The notes under the pieces were generated by a model. The model had not been told where the DNA came from and made no database searches. It worked only from the letters and a program-made list of their open reading frames with translations. From NCBI GenBank assembly GCA_035084275.1, contig CM068764.1, positions 7,812,001 to 7,876,000 on the forward strand: a stretch of DNA of 64,000 nucleotides. The letters run 5' to 3'. The translations under genes and the position numbers were made by a program. The stretch comes from Hydrolagus colliei. Taxonomy: Eukaryota. Shown here piece by piece: positions 11,557-22,035 of this stretch (its first letter is position 1; the number at the start of each line of letters is the position of its first letter).

Positions 11557-13721
11557 CATGGTCGCACTGTTTCTCTGAATCCCTCTATGTTGTTAGAATG
11601 TCAGCACACAAGGCAAGTAGAAGTCATTTGAGTTGAATCTGTAGTACAGGTATCTCTGAGTCAGTGGCCTGTGGCTATTAAGCCCCACATTGGAACTCAT
11701 TGCCCAGGCCAAACCTTGGAAAACTCTTTCTGTAACATCTTCATTCATTCATTCATTTATTTATTCATGGCATGTTCACAGCAATAATCCTGCAACTGCC
11801 GTTTCTTACTTTGACTGTTACATAACAATACAGTTTCTCTCTGAATGCACAGCAAAGCCGACAACACAATAATGAGAACTGGTGAAAAGCAACAGCGTTA
11901 TGTGTCTGCCTAGACAGAGCTGAGTACACACCATCGACAGCCATGTGGTGTGGAATCCAGCACTGCAGATTTATTCAACTGAATAAACCACTTACAATGC
12001 AGAGCTGATGTAAATAATTCAGTGGTTCTTTGTAGTGTTTGTACCAATAATGTAATCTTTGTACTTATCTATATTATTATTATTATCGTCAATGTGCCTT
12101 TAGTTTTATTGCTATGAGTATGATCGTCCGAGCTTCGCTGACAAAGCAGGTTAGACCTCAGAAATGCGACTTGTGCAGGTTGAAGTCTGTGCGGGTTAAT
12201 ATCAGAGATGTAAATGCCTTCAGTAATGAGTAATTTATAGCGGCAAGGAGGCTAAACACTTCAATCAGTAATGTGGGCGGATAACATATTAACTTCAGTT
12301 TGTTTTTCAATTCCCAGGCTATAATTACTTTGAAGTGAAAGTCACTGCACCACACACTGAAAGACCACAGTTTTTCAAAGAAAATCTCACAGCTTCCAGA
12401 ACTAGACATTTAAACACATATTCCTAAAAAAAAATGAAATCCGGAAGAGATTAATATATTGGAGCTGGTTCTCTAATTAAGCAATAAATCACAAAGTTGC
12501 CAGGGCATCAAGAGTTAATGAGGATAGCTCTAATTGTCACTGTTTTAATTGGCAAACTGTGCCACCCACAGTGGAACTATCAGCCACTTGCAAATGCCAG
12601 CAGACGATTACGAGCCAATGCAAGGCCTGGCTTATTATTTCACTTATCCTTCCTTTTGTGTGAATTTACATTATTAGATACACCATAAATAAAGAAAACG
12701 ACCAGCAATTAATTATCTTAAAATATGTTGTTTTCTAATTTGGCTAATTTTCTGTCGTGCAGAGAGTTGGAGCCAACCACAAGGTCCGCCTGCTTTTCAA
12801 TTCCTCCACCAAAGTAATTCCAGCAAGTTTAAACAACCATTAGAGGTAATGCTGTTTAAAGGGGATATTAAAATCACAAGCAGTGGCTTTTATGTTTTAA
12901 TTAACAAAGATGGGAGGAGTGTTGTCATTTAACGTAGGGGAAAAATAAACACTTAATAAAAGGAGGTTAATGTTAATAGCACTGGGCCACAAGGATCATA
13001 AATACTTTGATGCTGCTGTAAATCTGGATGTACCTTCTGTCGCTTTGGTGCTCAACGCTTGCATCTAACTCAAGCAATCTGAACCCAGTCTGAAAAGTTG
13101 TGTTCTCAAAGCCACAAACGGTAAGCTTCTTTCCACTTTTTAACTCCGAGTCTGAGATATTCTCTCTCTCTCTGTCTCTCTCTCTCTGTGTCTCTCTCTC
13201 TCTGTCTGTTCTCTATCTAATGCAAAGATGCAACCAATTACAGCATATCTCTATTGCTGGCCACTACTTCTATAAATGCACAACAGAGTTTGTAGAAAAG
13301 CAACACCTACAGAGACGCAATTGTCAAAGTGACCCAAACCTAGGCTGGTTTCTTACTACATAGGCAATAGTTTTACATCAGATTTTACTTGCCTTCAATT
13401 TATCATACTACTACAACTAATATTATAATAATAGCATTTAAAATAATATTGAAACATCTCTAACAAAGAGAATCCCAGATGGTTACCATCAAGTCTAATA
13501 ACTGTCTGGTAGGCAAATGTAATTTGCAGTCTGATACTTAAGAAACAAATTTGGAATGTTTGTTTTATAAATGGTGGGAGGGGGTGTTAGGAATGGTGGT
13601 GGAGGGGTGGGGGTGGTAAAAAGCAAGAGGAATGGGGAAGAGCAGTCTTTGAAAATGTTACATTGGAAACCTTTCCATCAGTAGCAGAGGGGGGGCACAC
13701 AAACAAAAAAACAACAGAGAC

Positions 13722-13808
13722 TCCACCTTACAGTACATCCTGTAAAGCACTTTGAGACATCTCAACAACGTGACAAGGCGCTCTATCAAATGCTAAAGGT
13801 TATTATTA
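13722..13808 (+). mobile_element. Main tRNA-SINE tail fragment, about 30 bp from the SRRM3 donor
   Basis: TTACAGTACATCCTGTAAAGCACTTTGAGACATC...GGCGCTCTATCAAATGC. Confidence 0.75.
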
Positions 13809-13839
13809 CACGCTTAGCTCACGGGATCAGTGGACCTAC

Positions 13840-14087
13840 CCCTGCTCTTCCATCATCTCGTGGAGCTCCATGCACTTGAGCTCAACACGCCTTTTTCTCT
13901 CGTGGTCTAGGATCTCTCGGTTGGCTTTCTTCGCCAGGCCCCCTTCCATTTTCTTGGGCTCCTCCTCAGCCTGGCACTCGGTGCTGGCACTGTCTCTGGT
14001 CTGCCGGGCTGTCCCAGTAACTCGCTGCCCACAGCCGTTCGCACAGCTCTCCTGGGTAGTGGCCACGCTCTCGCCGTTGTTGTACAT
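13840..14087 (-). CDS. SRRM3: SRRM3 (serine/arginine repetitive matrix 3), coding part of first coding exon; N-terminus and first half of cwf21 domain
   Basis: Translation MYNNG...EEEPKKMEGGLAKKANREILDHERKRRVELKCMELHEMMEEQG matches the SRRM2/3 cwf21 domain; REILDHE...ELKCMEL is the SRRM3 version (SRRM2 has PDILDHE...ELRCLEL). ATG in GCCATG Kozak context at 14087; phase-2 donor GG|GTAGGT at 13840/13839. Confidence 0.9.
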
Positions 14088-14122
14088 GGCGCTTGGGAGC
14101 AAACGGCTTTGCAGCTTCAACT
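14088..14122 (-). other. SRRM3: 5' UTR portion of the SRRM3 first coding exon
   Basis: Polypyrimidine tract and acceptor CTTCCTCCCCCAG| end at 14123, 35 nt before the ATG, implying an upstream non-coding exon. Confidence 0.75.
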
Positions 14123-14157
14123 CTGGGGGAGGAAGTTAAGACGAAAGATAAAGGTAA

Positions 14158-14466
14158 TCGCCTTACAAACGTGAGACCTGTATTCGAATCCAGGCAGGTC
14201 AGCACAAAACTTTGGGCACGTTTCCTAACTCCGCACACATACACACACATATGCCTAATAATATCCCTCCAAAAAACCAACACAGTAATAAAATTGGTAA
14301 TTTCAATCCATGACTGTTTATGGGGACGCTGCTGTGCGCAAATGGCTGCCGCTTTACACCCACTAATATATACAGTCAATTCACTTTACAATACATTCTG
14401 TGAAGTGATTTGAGACATCTGGAAGACGTGAAAAGCGCTATATCAACAAGCAAGCATTATTATAAT
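14158..14466 (+). mobile_element. Main tRNA-SINE, near full length, about 35 bp from the SRRM3 acceptor
   Basis: Starts in the anticodon arm TCGCCTTACAA; B box, body and tail present. Confidence 0.9.
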
Positions 14467-15267
14467 GAACTTCAGTTCCAGACTTGCTGACGAGTCACAC
14501 TACATCCGCCAGGGTAAGTTTGCAATTCTGAACCGAGGAAGACTAGGCTGCTTGTAAAACACGGTGTTCTTTATCGTAAAGGCAGTTATAGAAGAACCTG
14601 GAGCTATTGAGCTGTCCAAGCATCGCTTAAATTCCAAATTAAGTCTCCATTTCATTGTAAGTCGTCCTCTGCTGTACCACTATTCTGTAACATGCAGCAC
14701 AGGGCAGATCTGAAACATTCTTGTCTCTGGTTCAATAACTTCCCCAGTTTATAATGTGCCTGATGCCCACCTGATTAATCTAACACCTCTACTTGTCCCT
14801 AATCCAATTTGCAGTCCACAGAACAGAATTCAACATCTCGCTGCTCCAGAGAGGGGAATTTCAGTCGCTGCCCCAAATCCGACAACTCCATTGCAGTCTG
14901 CAAACCACTGTCCCCAGTCTCGGTTGAACCTCACTGATCTACACATATCTCTATATAGGCTTGTCCCACAAAATACACAGTCGATTGACTTCACTTTCTG
15001 CGAAGCGCCTTTGATTCGTCTCAACGGCGTGAGGAGGAGCTATCTCGAATATTATTTTAAATATTATAACATCCTCAGGCACATGCGTAACAAGCCTGGA
15101 ACAAGCACAGTTAGCTGATCGCAGCCATAAATCCGGAGGCTCCATTAAAAGAAAATGTGATTACCGTCTGCGGCTTTCAAGATCACAACTGAGACTTGCT
15201 GTTTTTGTTGTGCAAATCATGGTTGTATATGTTTCTCTCTCCCTCCCTCCACTAGTGTGGACTGTAA

Positions 15268-15288
15268 GTCACTGTCCATGGTGCTGAA
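15268..15288 (-). promoter_or_regulatory. RE1/NRSE (REST binding site) 1
   Basis: Minus strand TTCAGCACCATGGACAGTGAC versus consensus TTCAGCACCACGGACAGCGCC; both half-sites and the 2-nt spacer intact. Confidence 0.85.
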
Positions 15289-15329
15289 ACGACTGGCTAC
15301 CTGAATGTCTAGTGTGTATGTGTGGGTGT

Positions 15330-15350
15330 GTTGCTATCCGAGGTGCTGAA
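15330..15350 (-). promoter_or_regulatory. RE1/NRSE (REST binding site) 2
   Basis: Minus strand TTCAGCACCTCGGATAGCAAC; canonical left half, canonical spacing, tolerated right-half variant GGATAGC. Confidence 0.8.
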
Positions 15351-15403
15351 AGGAAATCAGTCCCTATCTATTCTGTGCGTGTGTCTGTCACTTTTTCTTT
15401 TAA

Positions 15404-15412
15404 GGTGCTGAA
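15404..15412 (-). promoter_or_regulatory. RE1 left half-site
   Basis: Perfect TTCAGCACC, 62 bp from the previous core; no right half at canonical spacing. Confidence 0.5.
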
Positions 15413-15444
15413 ATGATCTCACTCACTCACTCTTTCTCCCCCCA

Positions 15445-15446
<2 letters not shown>

Positions 15447-15484
<38 letters not shown>

Positions 15485-15504
15485 ATCTCTCTCTCTCTCT
15501 CTCT
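15447..15504. repeat. (CT)n microsatellite
   Basis: Directly visible, one interruption. Confidence 0.95.
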
Positions 15505-15513
15505 TGTGTGTGC

Positions 15514-15534
15514 TCTGCTGTCCATAATGCCGAG
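15514..15534 (-). promoter_or_regulatory. Degenerate RE1-like site
   Basis: Minus strand CTCGGCATTATGGACAGCAGA; right half GGACAGC perfect, left half degenerate. Confidence 0.3.
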
Positions 15535-16267
15535 GGTAGAGCTTGCTGAGAAGGTTGCAAGTTAGAGCCGTGAATATTCCTGGTATCACGCTGAGTGTGT
15601 GTGTGTGGCAGCAGGCGGCTTGGCTACCCACAGTGATTAACAGTCGACTATCCCAGAATAAGCTTTGAGATACCACTGATCCCCTCCCCAATCTGTCACC
15701 GCAACAGTCTCTAGTGGCCAAACAAGAAAAGCTTTCGACGACATGAAGTCTCCAAACCTGACAATAAGACAGACTGTCTGCAGGGTGGTTGGGAGAAAGA
15801 GTTGGAAATGTTGTACTACCAACCACTGTGCTCAGTTATACACATACATATATCCATACATAGATACATACATATATACATATATCTCAACTGAATTTAG
15901 AAACTGCCCCTGGAAAAAAATTGCATTTAACACACTCCACTTGGTCCATTTACACACAGGGAATCGGAGACCTAACAATCCACACAGTCCTCCCTCCTTT
16001 AAAGCTCAACTTTCATGGCAAATCAGCAAGAAAACCATCGACTAACAGGAACAAAAACACACAATTAAATTACATAAAAGGCAGAAGTTCAACCATGTCC
16101 AAAGAAAAAAAATACATACACTAAATATACACACTAAAAATAGATATCATTTTTCCTATTTAAATAAATTTTATGTGAGGGGGAGGGGTGGGAGGGCGAC
16201 AACAACACAGTATAGATTGATTAACATTGGTAATACTAACAGGAAAAGCTTAATTAATTAAGAACAA

Positions 16268-16402
16268 TTGCAAAACACTGCAGATGTTGGAAAATCTGAC
16301 ATTAAAAAACACAAAGTCACTGGGAAAACACTTCGGCGTTCAGGCATTGACTCACTTTCTTTCTCCCCATAGATGCTGCCTTTCCCAGTGGCTTCTGTGT
16401 AT
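16268..16402. mobile_element. Shark-type palindromic repeat (Penelope-associated terminal repeat remnant)
   Basis: CTGCAGATGTTGGAAAATCTGA...ACACAAAGTCACTGGGAAA and inverted arm TAGATGCTGCCTTTCCCAGTGGCTTCTGTGT; same family as 38285-38390 and 58991-59130. Confidence 0.55.
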
Positions 16403-17493
16403 TGGTGTGTGGGTGTGTGTTTAAAAAAAAAATGTGTGAAAGCTTAACTAAGGTTTGGTTCACGCAATTTTCAATTTGTTCAACTTCCCAACAGAGAGAG
16501 AGAAAGAAAGAAACGTTTAGCGCTCAGCCTCTTACACGCTGCAACACACACGATCTGTGGTGATGGTTGCTTGTGGTTGAGTGGAAATTCTCTCGCTGTC
16601 GTTTGGGTCATTTGAATGGAAGAATACACAAACACAAGATACATTAAAAACACACACACACAAAGCCAAAGACAGCGAATGGAGTCACTTACCACGGATT
16701 GGATTGACACTGTGTCTCTCTCTTTCTCTCTGTTTCTCTCTCTCTCTCTCTCACCACCGCCCGTCTGCTATCAGCATAAACAGACTGCAAACATTCTCCA
16801 GTGTTGACCTACCTATCTCACACAGCGGCTCTTTCTCCCTTCCATTGCCCTGTTAAAGGCTTTCATTGTGTTTAGCCTAACCCAAGCCAAGCCTTGGTCC
16901 TCTCCTCTCCTCCTTCCCCGCAGCCTGGGTGGGTTGGTGAGTGTTTGTGGTAGAAACAAGCTGCAATGATGTGGGCAGAGGCAAAGGCAGAGAGAGAGCC
17001 CTAACACATACACACGCAGACAGACAGACTGAGCAGCAGCCAATGTGACTCTCTCTCTCAATGTGAAACCCAATCAGCTACGAATTTCTCAGCTCAAGTT
17101 ATCCCCCAGGCAAGAGGTTGACACCAATAGATCCCACTGTTCCCCCTTCTCTCCAGGTTCCCTGGTTTTCTCCCTCCCCACACACACACACACACACAAG
17201 GGGGTTACACAAGCACTGTTTATTCCTCACTTCTCCTCTCTCCCCTCCAGTCATTGAGCCTTTATTAATGTCACAGCCAGAAAGCCTTTTAATCTTCAGA
17301 GCTGCACCTATGCAGTTGCTGGGGCCCTAGATCTCACTTTAACCCTTCCAGTGCCTTGCTGTTGAAAGCAACTGCTTTGTTTTTCTCTTCTGTGTGTGTG
17401 TGTGTGTGTGTGTATTGTGGACTTGCAGGGTAGAGTGGTAGAAATGGTGTTTTTTTCTTCTTCCACAGAATATACAGTACAGTACTGTAAAGT

Positions 17494-17806
17494 GGAGTGC
17501 TGTAGCTCAGTGGTTAGAGAACTCGCCTCGCAAGTGGGAGTTCGATTCCCAGCCAGGGCAAAACCTTGGGCAAGTATCTTTACGCCACATGCCTGATTAA
17601 AAATCCCTCAAAGAAAAAACAATATTAAATTAGTCATTTTCAATCCACGACTGTTTTGGGGACACTGCTGTGTGCAATCGGCTGCCGTGTTTCGCCCACA
17701 AATATGCAGTCAAATCACTTTACAGTATATCCCGTGAAGCGTTTCAGATGTTTGGAAGATGTGAAAGGCGATATATCAAATGCAAGGATTAGTATTATTA
17801 TTATTA
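17494..17806 (+). mobile_element. Main tRNA-SINE, full length
   Basis: A box TAGCTCAGTGG, B box GTTCGATTCC, body, (ATT)n tail. Confidence 0.9.
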
Positions 17807-17932
17807 GAAAGTGAATTGACCGTATATTGTTTTGCACACAAAATATATGGTCAATTTACTTTCCTGTGAAGCGCTTTGAGACGTCTCAACGACGTGACCA
17901 GGTGCTATATCAGTTGCAAGGATTATTAATAT
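17807..17932 (+). mobile_element. Second SINE tail with 5' fold-back inversion
   Basis: Extra tail copy preceded by a 22-bp inverted copy of itself. Confidence 0.75.
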
Positions 17933-18457
17933 TAGACCTCTTCTGACTGCAACACACTGTCCTTATCAAGTGTCTTTCCTCCAAGGGATGTTTCCATGGA
18001 GCGTTAAGCGTGACTAGCCTGTAGAATGGCTGATGCCAAGCTCACAGAACACACCAGCTCAGCCTCAACATTTACCCAAGCTTGTGAATTATTGATACGA
18101 AAGCGGGGGTGAGGAGGGCGTTTGATATCTTTCATCACCAAAATGCGATCAAGTGTACAGTGTATACAGCCCTCCCCCAGCGTAGTAAATTAATCCCATG
18201 ATTGAAAGGTGAAACAGATACATTGGTATGTGTATTGCTCTCACCTTCGCACAGAGAAATAAAACCTCACTAACATTTCCTCCAATGTAGGCAATGGGAC
18301 AGAAGGCTTAGAAGCTATTAAGCATGGTGATGGGTTTCCACATGTGTCAGACACCAGGCTAACTACACCCAAAAATTGCCAAATTATATGTTGAGAGTTA
18401 TCCTCTCCTGCCCACACCCCCAGAGCCCCCCCCCCCGCCATCCATTCCTTTGATTTT

Positions 18458-18560
18458 CGGGCAAGCATTTAGCCACTCTGCCCCCTACCTCTGGAACTCC
18501 ATTCTGCAGTCCCTCTGCCTCGCCCCCTCCCTGGCCTCCTTCAAGTCCCTTCTCAAGACT
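18458..18560 (+). mobile_element. L2 LINE ORF2 extreme C-terminal fragment
   Basis: Translates as AFSHSAPYLWNSILQSLCLAPSLASFKSLLKT, matching the L2 RAFS..AP.LWN.LP...FKS.LKT motif. Confidence 0.8.
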
Positions 18561-19589
18561 GTAATGTTGTTGTTATTGTTGTTAATTTTCAGAAAAATAT
18601 AAAAATCAATCCTGTATCTGTAAAATTTATTTAAAATCTAGAACTGCAACTTCTCCGCATCAGTATTATCATTTGGAGGAAAGAAAAAAGAACCAAAACT
18701 TTTTTTGGCTGCTGTGTTTCGCCCACATATATACAGTCAATTCACTTTTCAGTATATTCTGTGAAGCGTTTGGGGCATCTAGAGAGGTCAGGGTAGGGGA
18801 AGGGGAAGGAGAGTAGGAGTCTGTCTTGGCTTTATTAAACTCGGTCTTTCTAATGTGTTAATTAATTTTGATGTGTTTTTACCAATTATCTGTCACTGAG
18901 TTATTAATAATAACTGTTGGAGATGCTTCAGTTTTTTTAAAAAGAAAATGCGCTTTATGTAATTCAGTAAGTATCTATCCGTATCATTATCTAGTCAGAA
19001 AAATGAAGACCAAAGTCCAATTAAGTCTTAATGCATTTTGTACAAAATATAATAATGTGAGCCTCCGGACATGTTGGCTGTAGAGTGACAGTTTGGACAT
19101 CAAGATTGGACCTCACTGACAATTTCAGGTGTACAAATTGCTGTGAGCAGATTAAGATGTCGAACATGAATCAATCTAAACGTTTACAGAGTTTTCATAC
19201 GAGGCCAGCGATGGAAAGCAAGTGCCTCAGCAAATCTCACCTCAACTGTAGGCCTGGTTTTGAATTTACAAGAAACTTTCACTCGAATCTAGTGGCGGCG
19301 CTTGATGTGACGCTCTTCTCGGTATTGCAAAGAGATTCTAAACTTGACCCAAAGGGGTCGCGTGAACTGTCTGAGCCAGCTTTTTGGTGACCAGAGAAGT
19401 TTGTCAAACCGAGCCACTACACGATCAATGAAGGCATGTGACAAGACTGCCAAGCAAGCAATTATGAGTGAGTGTTATAGCTGCTGGTGCCCAGGCAGTC
19501 CATGCAAGGTTGCATCAGAAATAACCATATTGTCATGGACCTCACGCACGTTTGCGCTTGAAGATGCATGAGCAGTTTTGTCCCGGTAG

Positions 19590-19852
19590 ACCATTTCGCC
19601 CACAAAATATACAGTCAATTATTCACTTTACAGCATATTCTGTGAAGCACTTTGAGACGTCGATAAAATGTGAAAAGCGCTATATCAAATGCAAGGATTA
19701 TTATGTATTATTAGATAACATTATTGACTGCTGCGTTTCGCCCACAAAATGTAGTCCATTCATTTCATGGCGTATGTTGTGAAGCATTTTGAGAAGTCTT
19801 ATCACATCGGCATAAGGCGCTATATCAAATGCAAGTATTATTATTATTATTA
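19590..19852 (+). mobile_element. Two tandem SINE 3' tails
   Basis: TTTCGCCCACAAAAT...GTGAAGCA...GCGCTATATCAAATGCAAG twice in tandem. Confidence 0.8.
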
Positions 19853-20847
19853 GTGTTGTTATTCATATTCATCAAAAGCGTTCACTTCCAAAGAGGCTAT
19901 TTTATGAGTTGTACGCATATAAAAATCAATATGGCTCTGTGTTTGCCGTTTCACTGAGTTGCGGTTTAATATCACAACACACTGCAGAGCCCAGGCAAAT
20001 CTACACAAAATTACTGACGCGTGTAAATGATAGATGCAGGTTTCATTATTTTAATGTTGTAACTACTTGAAAACGGTATTAAATGGATGACAAGTTCTCT
20101 CATTAAGAAGGCTTAATTATCTCGGGCAAGTTTGCTCTTTTTAATGGAAACAAACATTTTGATTAGCTATGACAAAACTAACGCAAACTGGAAACGTGTC
20201 CGGGGAGAGTAAAACAGCACAATAGCTCCATGTACCTTTAATACCGGGAGGCAAGAGACATGGAAGCACATTTGACAAGCCGAGGATGTCAGTTCTATTA
20301 TGTAATAATGAGTCACTCCTGGCTACAAAGCTGATAATCTGCTCAGAGCTCGCCACCTTTAGTTTTGTATCTGACTGACATCGATGATGCCGGCACTCAT
20401 CCCAAACGAGTGAAGATTGGCAGCTTTCAAAGCACCGTAATAATAATTTTAATTGTTGCATTTCTTGTAGCAGCTTATTACGCAATTGAGACGCCCTGAA
20501 GCGCTTTGCTGGACACGCCGGACGGACAGTGCGATGACTGTACGTACGTACATACATACGTCTTGTGGGCGAACCAGGCAGCAGTATCAGCCACAAATAT
20601 TAGAAAGCTTTAAAACAGAGAGGCAATAAAATTGTAATTGTAAAATGAGGCACTGTAAATACTAAAGAGAAATGTTAACATTAGGATATAAGTGGAACTA
20701 AACGCTGTTGGGATTGTCTTTATCGCTCCCAGTTCTCCCTTTGAGGATAGTTAAAAACAGAACCTGAGTTAAAACTGAAGCATTTGGGTAGGAATATTAC
20801 AAATCAGAACCCAGACTTCTATATTTCGCGCTACTGAGAATCCAGCT

Positions 20848-21255
20848 ACATAGGAACAGAAGGGGGCCATTCAGGCCCTCAGGCCTGTTCCGTCATTCCA
20901 TAAGATCTGTACCTCAGCCCCATTTACCTGCTATTGCCCCATATTCCATACCACAATAATAATTTATTATTATTCCCTGATACCCTGATCAAACAAATAT
21001 CTATCCACCTCAAGTGTTGAAAATTTGAATTGATCCAGCATTCACGGGAAAGAATTCCAAATTTACGTGACCCTTTGGGTGAAAAACTGCCTCCTGATTT
21101 AACTCCTAAATGGCCTCGGTCTAATGTTACGATTACGCCCTCCTTGTTCTGGAATTCTCCCTCAGAGGAAAATAGTTTCTTTGTAGCTACCCTATTGAAT
21201 ACCTTTATTATTTCGAAAACCTAAATCAGTTCACCCCTCAACCTTCTACACTCAA
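20848..21255 (-). mobile_element. CR1 LINE 3' remnant
   Basis: ACATAGGAACAGAAGGGGGCCATTCAGGCCCTC...TCTATCCACCTC...GGGAAAGAATTCCAAAT...TCACCCCTCAACCTTCT. Confidence 0.75.
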
Positions 21256-21707
21256 TTGCAAATATCGCAAATTTTGACCTGAACTGTGTTTATTCCACAC
21301 GAGCGAGAGAGATACCAGGGCTCAGGTTTGTTCATCCACAGAAATGCCCAGCGTAGAATCCTGTTGAGCGAAGTGTTGGAATATGATTTTTATTCCATTC
21401 ATGAGCAGACTTGTATAACTCAATAGTCACATCGTCACTCATGAATTATGAGAAATTGGCTTCAGCCGAGGAATGAAAATTTGTATTCCGAGGCTCGCCG
21501 TGAGGTCTTTTTCATTTAGCTCGACGTGCTGGGTTGGTCGCTCACTCATGGAAAGCAAACAACGTGAGTGAGGCAGTGGCGATGGCACAGGAAAATGACC
21601 ACCGGAAAGAAACCGAGGCAGAAAACAGGCACTCAGTATCTCTGGAAGTCATTAACAACGACGACAAAATGACACTTGTATAGCGTCAGGAGGACGTCCC
21701 AAGTTAT

Positions 21708-22035
21708 AATATATAATAATAATTCTTGCATTTGATGTAGCGCTTTTCACGTCTTATCGACGTCTCAACGCGTTTCACAGAATATACTGTAAAGTGAATT
21801 GACTGTATATTTGTGGGCGAAACGCAGCAGCCAATTGTACACAGCAGTGTCCTCTACAAACGGTCGGATTGAAATGACCAATTTTTATTAGTGTTGTTTT
21901 TTCTGGAGGGATTATTATTAGGTGTGTGTGTGGAGTAATGAAACTTGCCCAAGGTTTCGCCCTGACCTGCCTGGATTCGAACACAGGTCTCACGCTTGTA
22001 AGGCGAGCACTCTAACCACTGAGCTACAGGAGCTC
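21708..22035 (-). mobile_element. Main tRNA-SINE, full length
   Basis: Complete head (A/B boxes, TAC loop), body and tail. Confidence 0.92.

Noticed and set aside
1-13839. Next SRRM3 coding exon (expected YSEEEIRQKV-like)
   Set aside because: Not found by eye on the minus strand; probably beyond the window start.
14088-14120. N-terminal extension MKLQSRLLPSA of the listed 94-aa ORF
   Set aside because: It starts at TTG; homology and Kozak context place the start at ATG 14087. The ORF's stop codon lies in the splice donor.
14505-14522. Strong plus-strand donor CAGG|GTAAGT suggesting an antisense exon
   Set aside because: No supporting acceptor, ORF or promoter; expected by chance in 64 kb.
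15227-15412. CRISPR-like reading of the 62-bp periodic motif, or of the dispersed SINE repeats
   Set aside because: Eukaryotic DNA, only a 10-bp shared core, no cas genes; the RE1 match explains it better.
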